Positions 1 through 7,022 of a DNA stretch of 24,000 bases are shown here, one piece after another. Numbering within the stretch: position 1 is the stretch's first letter; the number at the start of each line of letters is the position of its first letter. The position numbers and the translations under genes were made by a program. The stretch comes from an uncultured Solibacteraceae bacterium. Lineage in GTDB: Bacteria; Acidobacteriota; Vicinamibacteria; Vicinamibacterales; SCN-69-37. Where the stretch lies: the NCBI GenBank assembly GCA_964355365.1, contig CAYHEX010000005.1, positions 16,324 through 40,323 of the forward strand, written 5' to 3'. The notes below the pieces were generated by a model that was not told the DNA's origin, did no database searches, and saw nothing but the letters and a program-made list of their open reading frames with translations.

Positions 1-419
1 CGCTCTATCCGTCCAGCGGCACCATTCAGCAAGGCATCATGGAAGTGGGGCAAGTGCGCATGGGCGCCGGCGTCACGCCGTGGTCGGCGCACGCGCTCTA
101 CGAGAGCCAGTCGCCGCTGCACAACGCGACCAACATCAAGACGCCGTTCATGATCCTGCACGGCACGGCCGACACGGCCGTCGACTGGAGCCAGGGCCTC
201 GAGTTCTACGCCGCAGCACGCCGCCTCGGCAAGTCGGCGATCTTGCTGTCGTATCCCGACGAGCCCCACCACCTGGCGAAGCACGAGAATCAGAAGGACT
301 TTCAAATTCGCATGAAGCAGTTCTTCGATCACTACCTCAAGGGCACGGCGGCGCCGCTGTGGATCACCGAGGGCGTGACGCAGGTCAAGAAGGGTCAGGA
401 CCCGGCGATCATCAAGTGA
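1..419 (+). CDS. S9 family serine peptidase (prolyl oligopeptidase / acylaminoacyl-peptidase type), C-terminal fragment; 5' end lies upstream of the window
   Basis: The reading frame is open from base 3. It carries C-terminal alpha/beta-hydrolase signatures: TPFMILHGTADTAVDW (catalytic Asp region) and SYPDEPHHL (catalytic His region). Stop TGA at 417-419. Confidence 0.8.
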   Translation, partial: LYPSSGTIQQGIMEVGQVRMGAGVTPWSAHALYESQSPLHNATNIKTPFMILHGTADTAVDWSQGLEFYAAARRLGKSAILLSYPDEPHHLAKHENQKDFQIRMKQFFDHYLKGTAAPLWITEGVTQVKKGQDPAIIK

Positions 420-486
420 AATGGGGAGTTTTCCGCGACGTTGGGAAATTATCCGGCGCGGCGTGGACGTCCCTGTCTCTGTATCG

Positions 487-2043
487 ATGATTCTTCGACA
501 CGGACGCACGGCACGCGTCTTGCTCATAAATGAACTTATCGTGAATCGGCCAACTCAATTCTCCTCGGTGACGCTGGCGGTGTGCTTGTTCGTATTGGGA
601 CTGTTGGCATCGCCTAACGAGGCGGGTGCACAACAGCCGCCCCCTGCGACATCAACGAGCAAGTCGCCGCAGTGGCTGCTCACCACGCGAGACACCGCGC
701 GTGCCGAGGTGTGGCGGTTCTTTCAGCCGAACCCTGGCGGCGGCAACCCCGACTACGAGTTCCTCGCCAATCGGCTGAACATCGACGCCAAGCGGACGAC
801 GGCCAGGACTGAAGTTACCGTCGGCCTTCAGCATGTCGGCTTCGTTGGGCTGCCAACTGCTGCCGTTGGCCCGGGCCCGCTGGGAACAGGCGCGCTGTAC
901 TTCGATCAAGGCGGCCGCAGCCAGCATCCGTCCCGCCTCTTTGTGCGTTACGCGAACCTCAAGGTGAAAGACGTGCTGCCGGGCTTCGACCTCCAGGCAG
1001 GGCGCATGGCGTACGGCAGCGGCGCTGAGTCAGTCACAACTGACGCCAAGCTCGAACTCGTTCGGCGTCAACGCGTGAGCGCCCGACTCGTCGGCGAGTT
1101 TGACTGGTCGCTCTACCAGCGCAGTTTCGATGGCGTGCGCGTGGACCTTCGACGCCCGCGCTGGCAATTGACCTCGATGGTGATGCAGCCCACGCACGGT
1201 GGCTTCTCCAGCAGCGCCGGGCAGATGATGCCGCATGTGCTCCTGGCCGGGGCCGTCGTGACGGCGCGTCCGGCCAAGATCCGCGCGAGTTGGCAGGTCT
1301 TCGCCATTCACTACGCCGACTCGCGACGCATGGCCTCGCGGCCCGACAATTCTGGAGCGACCGCTGCACGCGTGGATGTTGATGTGACGTCGAGCGGCGG
1401 CGCCTGGATCGGCACGCACAAGACCACGGGCGCCGGCGGAGGAGAGTTTGACGGCGTGGTGTGGCTGGCCGGCCAGACCGGGTCCTGGTATGGACAGCGC
1501 CATCGCGCGTGGTCGCTGACGGCGGAGGGCGGCTATCAACTCAACACCGCCCGATGGAAGCCCTGGCTACGCGCCGGCCTGCTGTCATCGAGCGGAGATG
1601 CCGACGGCCAGGACGCGCGCCACGGCACGTTCTTCCCCGTCCTGCCCACAATGCGGAAGTTCTCGCAGACGACGATGTACAGCACGATGAATCTGCACGA
1701 CGCCTTTGTGCAGTTGCAGCTTCGTCCATCGGCGTCGGTGAACGCCCGGATCGACGTCCATCGGCTGGCGCTCGCGTCAGCCGCGGACCTCTGGTACACC
1801 GGCAGCGGCGCGACGCTCGCCAGCGGCACGAACTTCGGTTTTGCGGGACGCCGTTCGAACGGCTCAACAAATCTGGGCACGTCGCTCGAGGGATCGATCG
1901 ACTACGCTGTAACTCCACAGTGGTCGGTGAACGCATTTGCCGCGCGAATGAACGGCGGTCCGGTGGTGAGCGGGACCTTCGCGGGCCGGCGATTGTGGTT
2001 TGTCTACCTCGAGAGCGTGTTGCGGTTTGACTGGAGGCGGTGA
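487..2043 (+). CDS. Putative outer-membrane beta-barrel porin, possibly of the alginate-export (AlgE-like) family; first gene of the nap operon
   Basis: Signal-peptide-like segment VTLAVCLFVLGLLASPNEAGA/QQ. There are no cofactor motifs. Many amphipathic strand-like stretches are present (FVRYANLKVKD, WSLTAEGGYQL, WSVNAFAARMNG, LWFVYLESVLRF). The N-terminal region (ARAEVWRFF...DYEFLANRLNIDAK...VGLQHVGF) resembles AlgE-like porins by eye. Its stop TGA (2041-2043) overlaps the napD start. The start is uncertain: the ORF opens at 421, with ATG at 487 and GTG at 541. CDS confidence is high; the family assignment is only about 0.4. Confidence 0.65.
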   Translation: MILRHGRTARVLLINELIVNRPTQFSSVTLAVCLFVLGLLASPNEAGAQQPPPATSTSKSPQWLLTTRDTARAEVWRFFQPNPGGGNPDYEFLANRLNIDAKRTTARTEVTVGLQHVGFVGLPTAAVGPGPLGTGALYFDQGGRSQHPSRLFVRYANLKVKDVLPGFDLQAGRMAYGSGAESVTTDAKLELVRRQRVSARLVGEFDWSLYQRSFDGVRVDLRRPRWQLTSMVMQPTHGGFSSSAGQMMPHVLLAGAVVTARPAKIRASWQVFAIHYADSRRMASRPDNSGATAARVDVDVTSSGGAWIGTHKTTGAGGGEFDGVVWLAGQTGSWYGQRHRAWSLTAEGGYQLNTARWKPWLRAGLLSSSGDADGQDARHGTFFPVLPTMRKFSQTTMYSTMNLHDAFVQLQLRPSASVNARIDVHRLALASAADLWYTGSGATLASGTNFGFAGRRSNGSTNLGTSLEGSIDYAVTPQWSVNAFAARMNGGPVVSGTFAGRRLWFVYLESVLRFDWRR

Positions 2044-2267
2044 TGTCGGTCCGTAGCTACTTGGTTTATCCCGCACCTGGTCAACGCGACGCGGTCATGG
2101 CGTCACTCAAGGCCACCGGCGATGTCTTCCCCGCCGAACAGCACGATGTGCTCGTGCTTGTGGCCGAGCAGGATGACGATCCCGAGGCGGATCGCGCGTT
2201 TGACGAACGTCTGCACACCATTCCCGGCGTCATGTCGGTCGCGTTTGTGGCCGGGTTCTCGGAGTAA
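2040..2267 (+). CDS. napD: NapD, chaperone for the NapA Tat signal peptide
   Basis: A 75-aa protein directly upstream of napA. It shows the NapD-like pattern SYLVY...(V)LVLVAE...ERLHTIPGVMSVAFVAGF, matching E. coli NapD SLVV...IVVVEAE...VEGVLAVSLVY. The start is GTG 2040 or ATG 2043, overlapping the porin stop. Confidence 0.85.
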   Translation: MMSVRSYLVYPAPGQRDAVMASLKATGDVFPAEQHDVLVLVAEQDDDPEADRAFDERLHTIPGVMSVAFVAGFSE

Positions 2268-2270
2268 CTC

Positions 2271-4607
2271 ATGGAAGGCACAGTAGATCGCCGCACCGCG
2301 CTCAAGCAGTTGGCCGCGCTCTCGGCATTTGTCGTGGCTGAGCAACTCATGCCCGGCATCGTGTTTGCGGCATCACCAATCGATCTGGCTCCGCCGATCG
2401 ATCAGCAACTGGTGGACCTCACGTGGAAGAAGACGCCCTGCCGATTCTGCGGCGTGGGGTGCGGCCTGCTGGTCGGCGTGAAGGACGGACGAGCGGCGGC
2501 CGTCAAGGGCGATCCCGACTCGTCGGTGAACAAAGGACTCGCGTGCGTCAAGGGCTACCATTCGATTCTCGCGTTGTATGGCGCGGATCGTCTGAAGACC
2601 GCGCTCGTGCGCAAGAACGGCGTCTTGACACCCACACCGATCGGGGAGGCACTCGATCTGGTGGCCCGCACGATGCAGGACACGATCGCGAAGAACGGCA
2701 AAGACTCGGTCGCGATGTACGGCTCGGGTCAGTGGACGATACCGGACGGCTACGCGGCATCGAAGTTCATGCGCGCCGGCATTGGCACCAACAACATCGA
2801 AGCGAACGCGCGTCTCTGCATGTCGAGCGCGGTCACCGGATTTATGACGTCGTTCGGCCAGGACGAGCCGATGGGCTGCTATGAAGACATCGACCACGCC
2901 GATGTCTTCGTGCTGTGGGGCAACAACATGGCCGAGATGCATCCGGTCCTGTTCTCGCGGCTGCTCGATCGACGACTGAAGAAGCCGGGCACGCTCATCA
3001 TCGATCTGGCGACGCGCACGACCCGCACGAGCCAGGCCGCCGACCGGTCGATTCTCTTCAAGCCGCAGTCCGATCTGGCCGTGGCCAATGCCATCGCGCT
3101 CGAAATCGTGCGGAAAGGATGGGTCGACAAGGTCTTTGTCGAACGCCACGTGTCGTGCCACACCGGCACCACCGGCATCGGCTACGGCACCGAGGACAAG
3201 TTCGCGTTCACCGATCAGCCCAAACCAGCGACGTTCGAGCAGTACGTGAAACTGCTCGAAGACTACACGCCTGAAAAGGCCGAGGCCATCTCCGGCGTGT
3301 CGGCGCGCGATATCCGCTATCTGGCGTCGCTCTACGGCGACCCCAGGCGCAAGGTCATGAGCGTGTGGTGCATGGGTTTCAACCAGCACACGCGCGGCAC
3401 GTGGATCAACAACCTCGTCTACAACATCCACTTGCTCGTCGGAAAGATCTCGACACCCGGCAACAGCCCGTTCTCGCTGACGGGCCAGCCGAGCGCGTGC
3501 GGTACCGTGCGCGAGGTCGGCACGTTGACCAATCGCCTGCCGCACGGCGAGGTCACCAACGAACACGACCGGCAGAAAGCCGCCGAGATCTGGAAGGTGC
3601 CCGTCGAGAAGATTCCGGCCAAGCCCACGTACCACACCGTCGAGATGTTTCGCGCACTCGATCGAGGCGACATCAAGTTCATGTGGATTCAGGTCACCAA
3701 TCCGATGGTGACCATGCCGAAGCTCAAGCGCTATCGAGACGGGACAAAGAAGGAAGGCCGCTTCATCGTGGTGTCGGACGTGTACCCGACGCCGACGACC
3801 GACATCGCGGACGTCGTGCTGCCGTCGGCGATGTGGATCGAGCGCGAAGGCATGTTCGGCAACTCAGAACGCCGAACGCAGCATTTCCACAAACTCGTTG
3901 AGCCTCCGGGCGAGGCGATGAGCGACACTTGGCAGATCATCGAAGTGGCGCGACGCATGGGGCACGGCCAGCTGTTTCCCTGGAGTCAGGCCGACCATAT
4001 CGAGCAGATCTACAAGGAGTACGGACGTTTTCATGAAGGGCCCGATCACCAGATGGCCCCGTACGAAGAACTGCAGCGGCGGCCCGGCGTGATGTGGCCG
4101 TTCGTCAACGGCAAAGAAACCAAGTGGCGCTACCATGCAGCCACCGACCCGGCCGCAAAAGGCACCGGCTTCGATTTCTACGGCAAACCCGACCACAAAG
4201 CGTGGATCTGGTTTCGACCGTATGAGCCGGCCGCCGAATCGCCCGATGCCGACTACCCGTTCTGGCTCTGCACGGGCCGCGTGCTCGAACACTGGCATTC
4301 CGGTTCACTCACGCGGCGCATCCCGATCCTGCACCAGGCGGTGCCGCACGCGTATGTGGAACTGCATCCCTCCGACGCGACGCGACTTGGCGTCAAGACG
4401 GGCGATCGGATTCGGCTGACGTCGCGGCGCGGATCGCTGGTGCTGCCCGCGCTGATCGATGGCCGTGGTCGACCGGCCGAACGGCAGGTCTTTGTGCCGT
4501 TCTTCGATGAGTCACTGCTCATCAATGAACTCACGCTCGATGCGTTCTGTCCGATCTCGAAGCAGCCCGACTACAAGAAGTGCGCCGTCAAGGTCGAGCG
4601 CGCATGA
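2271..4607 (+). CDS. napA: Periplasmic nitrate reductase catalytic subunit NapA (Mo-bisPGD, 4Fe-4S)
   Basis: Twin-arginine signal DRRTALKQLAALSAF. N-terminal 4Fe-4S motif CRFCGVGCGLLV...C(V)KG. Mo-ligand region ARLCMSSAVTGF. The 778-aa length is typical of NapA. GGAG lies 6 nt upstream of the ATG. Confidence 0.95.
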   Translation: MEGTVDRRTALKQLAALSAFVVAEQLMPGIVFAASPIDLAPPIDQQLVDLTWKKTPCRFCGVGCGLLVGVKDGRAAAVKGDPDSSVNKGLACVKGYHSILALYGADRLKTALVRKNGVLTPTPIGEALDLVARTMQDTIAKNGKDSVAMYGSGQWTIPDGYAASKFMRAGIGTNNIEANARLCMSSAVTGFMTSFGQDEPMGCYEDIDHADVFVLWGNNMAEMHPVLFSRLLDRRLKKPGTLIIDLATRTTRTSQAADRSILFKPQSDLAVANAIALEIVRKGWVDKVFVERHVSCHTGTTGIGYGTEDKFAFTDQPKPATFEQYVKLLEDYTPEKAEAISGVSARDIRYLASLYGDPRRKVMSVWCMGFNQHTRGTWINNLVYNIHLLVGKISTPGNSPFSLTGQPSACGTVREVGTLTNRLPHGEVTNEHDRQKAAEIWKVPVEKIPAKPTYHTVEMFRALDRGDIKFMWIQVTNPMVTMPKLKRYRDGTKKEGRFIVVSDVYPTPTTDIADVVLPSAMWIEREGMFGNSERRTQHFHKLVEPPGEAMSDTWQIIEVARRMGHGQLFPWSQADHIEQIYKEYGRFHEGPDHQMAPYEELQRRPGVMWPFVNGKETKWRYHAATDPAAKGTGFDFYGKPDHKAWIWFRPYEPAAESPDADYPFWLCTGRVLEHWHSGSLTRRIPILHQAVPHAYVELHPSDATRLGVKTGDRIRLTSRRGSLVLPALIDGRGRPAERQVFVPFFDESLLINELTLDAFCPISKQPDYKKCAVKVERA

Positions 4608-5308
4608 TCGAGAACCGCAGTCGTTACCGCTATGTGCGCATCGGCATCGCCGCGGCGCTCATGGTGTCGACCGTCTTCGTGGTCGGACGCAGTATGCGAT
4701 CAGCGACGACGCCGGCCGTCATCCCCCTGACAGGCGCAGGCGAGGCTCCGCCGATTCGCACCGAGTCTGGCGTGTTCGAGCGATCGGAGCTCGCCCTCGA
4801 CTACCGGACAGCACCCGACGGAGCCACAGGCACGCGGACGCTCGCGACGTTTGTCTCACGACGCGCGTATCCAGGTGCGCCACCGATCATTCCGCACCCG
4901 CTGGCTGACCCGACGACATTCGGCGGCCGCGCCTGCCTCGAGTGTCACGGCGACGGTGGTTGGGTACAGAAGTTCTCAGCCTTTGCGCCAGTAACGCCGC
5001 ACCCGGAACTGATCAACTGTGTTCAGTGCCACGTGCCCAGAACGGTCACGTCGCTGATGCGGGGATCCACCTTTGTTCCCGCAGTCGAACCGCCCATCCA
5101 TCAGGCGGCGCTCAAGGGCAGTCCGCCTGCAATTCCGCATGACCTGCAGATGCGAGACAACTGCCTGACATGTCATGCCGGCCCGGCCGCGGTGCGTGAG
5201 ATCCGCGTGACCCATCCCGAGCGCAGCAACTGCCGGCAATGCCACGCGCTCGGCGCGTTCCGTTCGCTGCCCTTCAGCCGTTCGGCGGCCCTGGACGGAA
5301 AGCAGTGA
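4604..5308 (+). CDS. napB: Tetrahaem NapB-like cytochrome c: two tandem NapB dihaem units behind an N-terminal membrane anchor
   Basis: ATG 4604 overlaps the napA stop (ATGA). Hydrophobic anchor: VRIGIAAALMVSTVFVVG. Unit 1 is GAPPIIPH...CLECHG...APVTPHPE...CVQCHVP...GSTF, which matches E. coli NapB QPPMIPH...CLQCHG...APRISPTH...CLQCHVP...GNTF. Unit 2 is GSPPAIPH...CLTCH...RVTHPE...CRQCH. There are four CxxCH motifs in total. Confidence 0.85.
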   Translation: MIENRSRYRYVRIGIAAALMVSTVFVVGRSMRSATTPAVIPLTGAGEAPPIRTESGVFERSELALDYRTAPDGATGTRTLATFVSRRAYPGAPPIIPHPLADPTTFGGRACLECHGDGGWVQKFSAFAPVTPHPELINCVQCHVPRTVTSLMRGSTFVPAVEPPIHQAALKGSPPAIPHDLQMRDNCLTCHAGPAAVREIRVTHPERSNCRQCHALGAFRSLPFSRSAALDGKQ

Positions 5309-5946
5309 CGGTGCGGCGTGTCGCGAAGGCGTGCGCGTGGTTGGGACTGACAGCCGTCGTGGCATGCGGCCGCATGAGCCAGCCGCACGCCACGCCGAAG
5401 GTCGCCTCGATCATCGAAGAGGCCGAGGCCCCTGGACCGGGGCCAACGGTGTCATCAGCACCGTTCCTGAAGAACCGGCGCCTCGTTGATGTCGAGGCGT
5501 TGCCGATCGCCACCGACGGCGCGCCCTTTCAATTGCTGTCACGCGAGACGCAGTTGCAGAAAGCGCCCTGCGCCAATTGCCACACGCAGCCGCTCGAGCA
5601 ACTGCAACGCGCGCGTCCGAAGGGCAAAGCGCTGGCGCACTGGGCCGTCACGATGCAGCACGCCGCCGCGCCGGTGATGTCGTGCGCGACCTGTCATCAG
5701 CGCGACTCCCCGACGCTGCTCCACACGCTATCGGGCCAGACAGTGGCGATTGACCACGCCTATCAGATGTGCGCCCAGTGCCACGCGACGCAGGCCGCCG
5801 ACTGGGCGGGGGGCGCGCACGGCAAGCGCGCCGGCGGATGGGCGCCGCCGCGCGTGCGCTACAACTGCACCGAGTGCCACAACCCGCATCGGCCCAAGTT
5901 CGAGTCGCGCTGGCCGGCGGGACCGGGACGGACGCAGACCCCATGA
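5305..5946 (+). CDS. Tetrahaem c-type cytochrome, probable lipoprotein (NrfB / cytochrome c3-class electron shuttle)
   Basis: Four CxxCH motifs: CANCH, CATCH, CAQCH, CTECH. Signal plus lipobox-like sequence RRVAKACAWLGLTAVVAC. GTG 5305 overlaps the napB stop (GTGA). GTG 5311 has better spacing from GGAAAG. The ATG 5239 in the track would overlap napB by 70 nt and is less likely. Confidence 0.85.
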   Translation: MTVRRVAKACAWLGLTAVVACGRMSQPHATPKVASIIEEAEAPGPGPTVSSAPFLKNRRLVDVEALPIATDGAPFQLLSRETQLQKAPCANCHTQPLEQLQRARPKGKALAHWAVTMQHAAAPVMSCATCHQRDSPTLLHTLSGQTVAIDHAYQMCAQCHATQAADWAGGAHGKRAGGWAPPRVRYNCTECHNPHRPKFESRWPAGPGRTQTP

Positions 5947-5974
5947 CCACTCACCAGACGCGACGGAGACTGCA

Positions 5975-7003
5975 ATGAGCACGATGCGACGGATTTTTGG
6001 ACTGCGTCCCGTGCCTGTCGACGCGCCGGCCGAATCCGCCGAGGCCGCGGCCAAGCCCACCGGGACGGACGTTCAGGCAGTGCTGGATCGGCCGCTGGAT
6101 CGACGCGAAGCCCTCTCGCGTTTCGCGACGGGGTTGATCGCCGGCATGGGCGCGACCCAGGCCGCGTGCAGCCCGTTTGCCACAGGCGAAGCCAAGGAAC
6201 TCTCCGAACTGAACTGGCAGGAGTATCTGCAGAAGAACTTCCGCCTGATGACCGACGACGAGAAAGACGCGACGGTCGAGCGCCTGCAACGCCTGCACGC
6301 ACTGCGCACGGGACAGCACATCACGGTGAGCGCCGCAGAGGCGCAAGACAACGTGCTGTACGGATACGCATTCAACATCTCGAAGTGCCAGGGCTATATG
6401 GACTGCGTCCAGGCGTGCAAGAAAGAGAACAACCAGGACCGCGCGTCCGACATGGCGTACATCCGGATTCACGAGCTGAAGAAGGGCAGCATGGATTTCG
6501 CCGAGGCCGACGACGCCTTCGTGCATCAAGTGCCGGCCGCGGGCCACTTCTACCTCGGCACGCAGTGTTTCCATTGCCAGAATCCGCCGTGCGTCGACGT
6601 GTGCCCGACCAAGGCTACCTGGATGGAAAAAGACGGCATCGTCGTCGTCGACTACAACTGGTGCATCGGTTGCCGGTACTGCATCGCCGCGTGCCCGTAC
6701 GACGCCCGCCGGTTCAACTGGAGCGAGCCGGTCGTGCCGAAGGATGAAGTGAATCCGAACCAGCACTACCTGGGCAATCGCCTGCGTCAGAAAGGTGTTG
6801 TCGAGAAGTGCACGTTCTGCATTCAGCGCAGTCGCGCAGGACAGAACCCGGCTTGCGTGGAAGCGTGCCCCACCGGCGCGCGCATCTTCGGCAACCTGCT
6901 GGATCCTGACAGCGAAATTCGATGGGTGCTCAAGCACAAGAAAGTGTTCCGGCTGAAAGAGGACCTGGGAACGGATCCCAAGTTCTGGTACTTCATGGAT
7001 TGA
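5975..7003 (+). CDS. Tat-exported iron-sulfur subunit of NrfC/PsrB/HybA (ActB/QrcC-like) type, four cluster-binding groups
   Basis: ATG 5975 is preceded by GGAGAC. Twin-arginine region LDRREALSRFATGLIAGMGA. Cys groups: CQGYMDCVQAC (second Cys replaced by Tyr), CFHCQNPPCVDVCP, CIGCRYCIAACP, CTFC...CVEACP. The track start at 5750 would overlap the preceding cytochrome gene and adds a Pro/Arg-rich non-homologous extension. Confidence 0.9.
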   Translation: MSTMRRIFGLRPVPVDAPAESAEAAAKPTGTDVQAVLDRPLDRREALSRFATGLIAGMGATQAACSPFATGEAKELSELNWQEYLQKNFRLMTDDEKDATVERLQRLHALRTGQHITVSAAEAQDNVLYGYAFNISKCQGYMDCVQACKKENNQDRASDMAYIRIHELKKGSMDFAEADDAFVHQVPAAGHFYLGTQCFHCQNPPCVDVCPTKATWMEKDGIVVVDYNWCIGCRYCIAACPYDARRFNWSEPVVPKDEVNPNQHYLGNRLRQKGVVEKCTFCIQRSRAGQNPACVEACPTGARIFGNLLDPDSEIRWVLKHKKVFRLKEDLGTDPKFWYFMD

Positions 7004-7022
7004 CCGTGAGACGAGCACACCG

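Noticed and set aside
421-486. An FNR/CRP-like or NarL-like site upstream of the nap operon (for example TTGGGAAATTATCC at about 451-464), and an ORF start at 421.
   Set aside because: The half-sites match TTGAT-N4-ATCAA poorly and the spacing is off. No TACYYMT heptamers were seen. The 421 start would add 22-40 residues in front of the signal peptide. The regulation of this operon cannot be read from this sequence.
2373-3635. Long antisense or out-of-frame ORFs overlapping confirmed genes. Examples: 2373-3635 (-), 5951-7072 (-), 6993-7994 (-), 8421-9578 (+), 12871-13818 (+), 13882-14697 (+), 15237-16817 (-), 15680-17461 (+), 17162-18118 (-), 19711-21780 (+), 20417-21586 (+), 22583-23479 (-).
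   Set aside because: They are typical high-GC artefacts. Their products are Arg/Ala/Pro/Gly-rich low-complexity sequences with no recognisable motifs. Each is fully covered by an ORF on the other strand or frame that has clear family signatures.
5750-5974. The 5' extension of the FeS-subunit ORF (track start 5750) and the ATG 5239 start of the tetrahaem cytochrome.
   Set aside because: The extensions overlap the preceding genes by about 200 nt and 70 nt respectively. They encode Arg/Pro-rich sequence upstream of the real Tat or lipoprotein signal. The downstream starts (ATG 5975 with GGAGAC; GTG 5305/5311) fit operon coupling.
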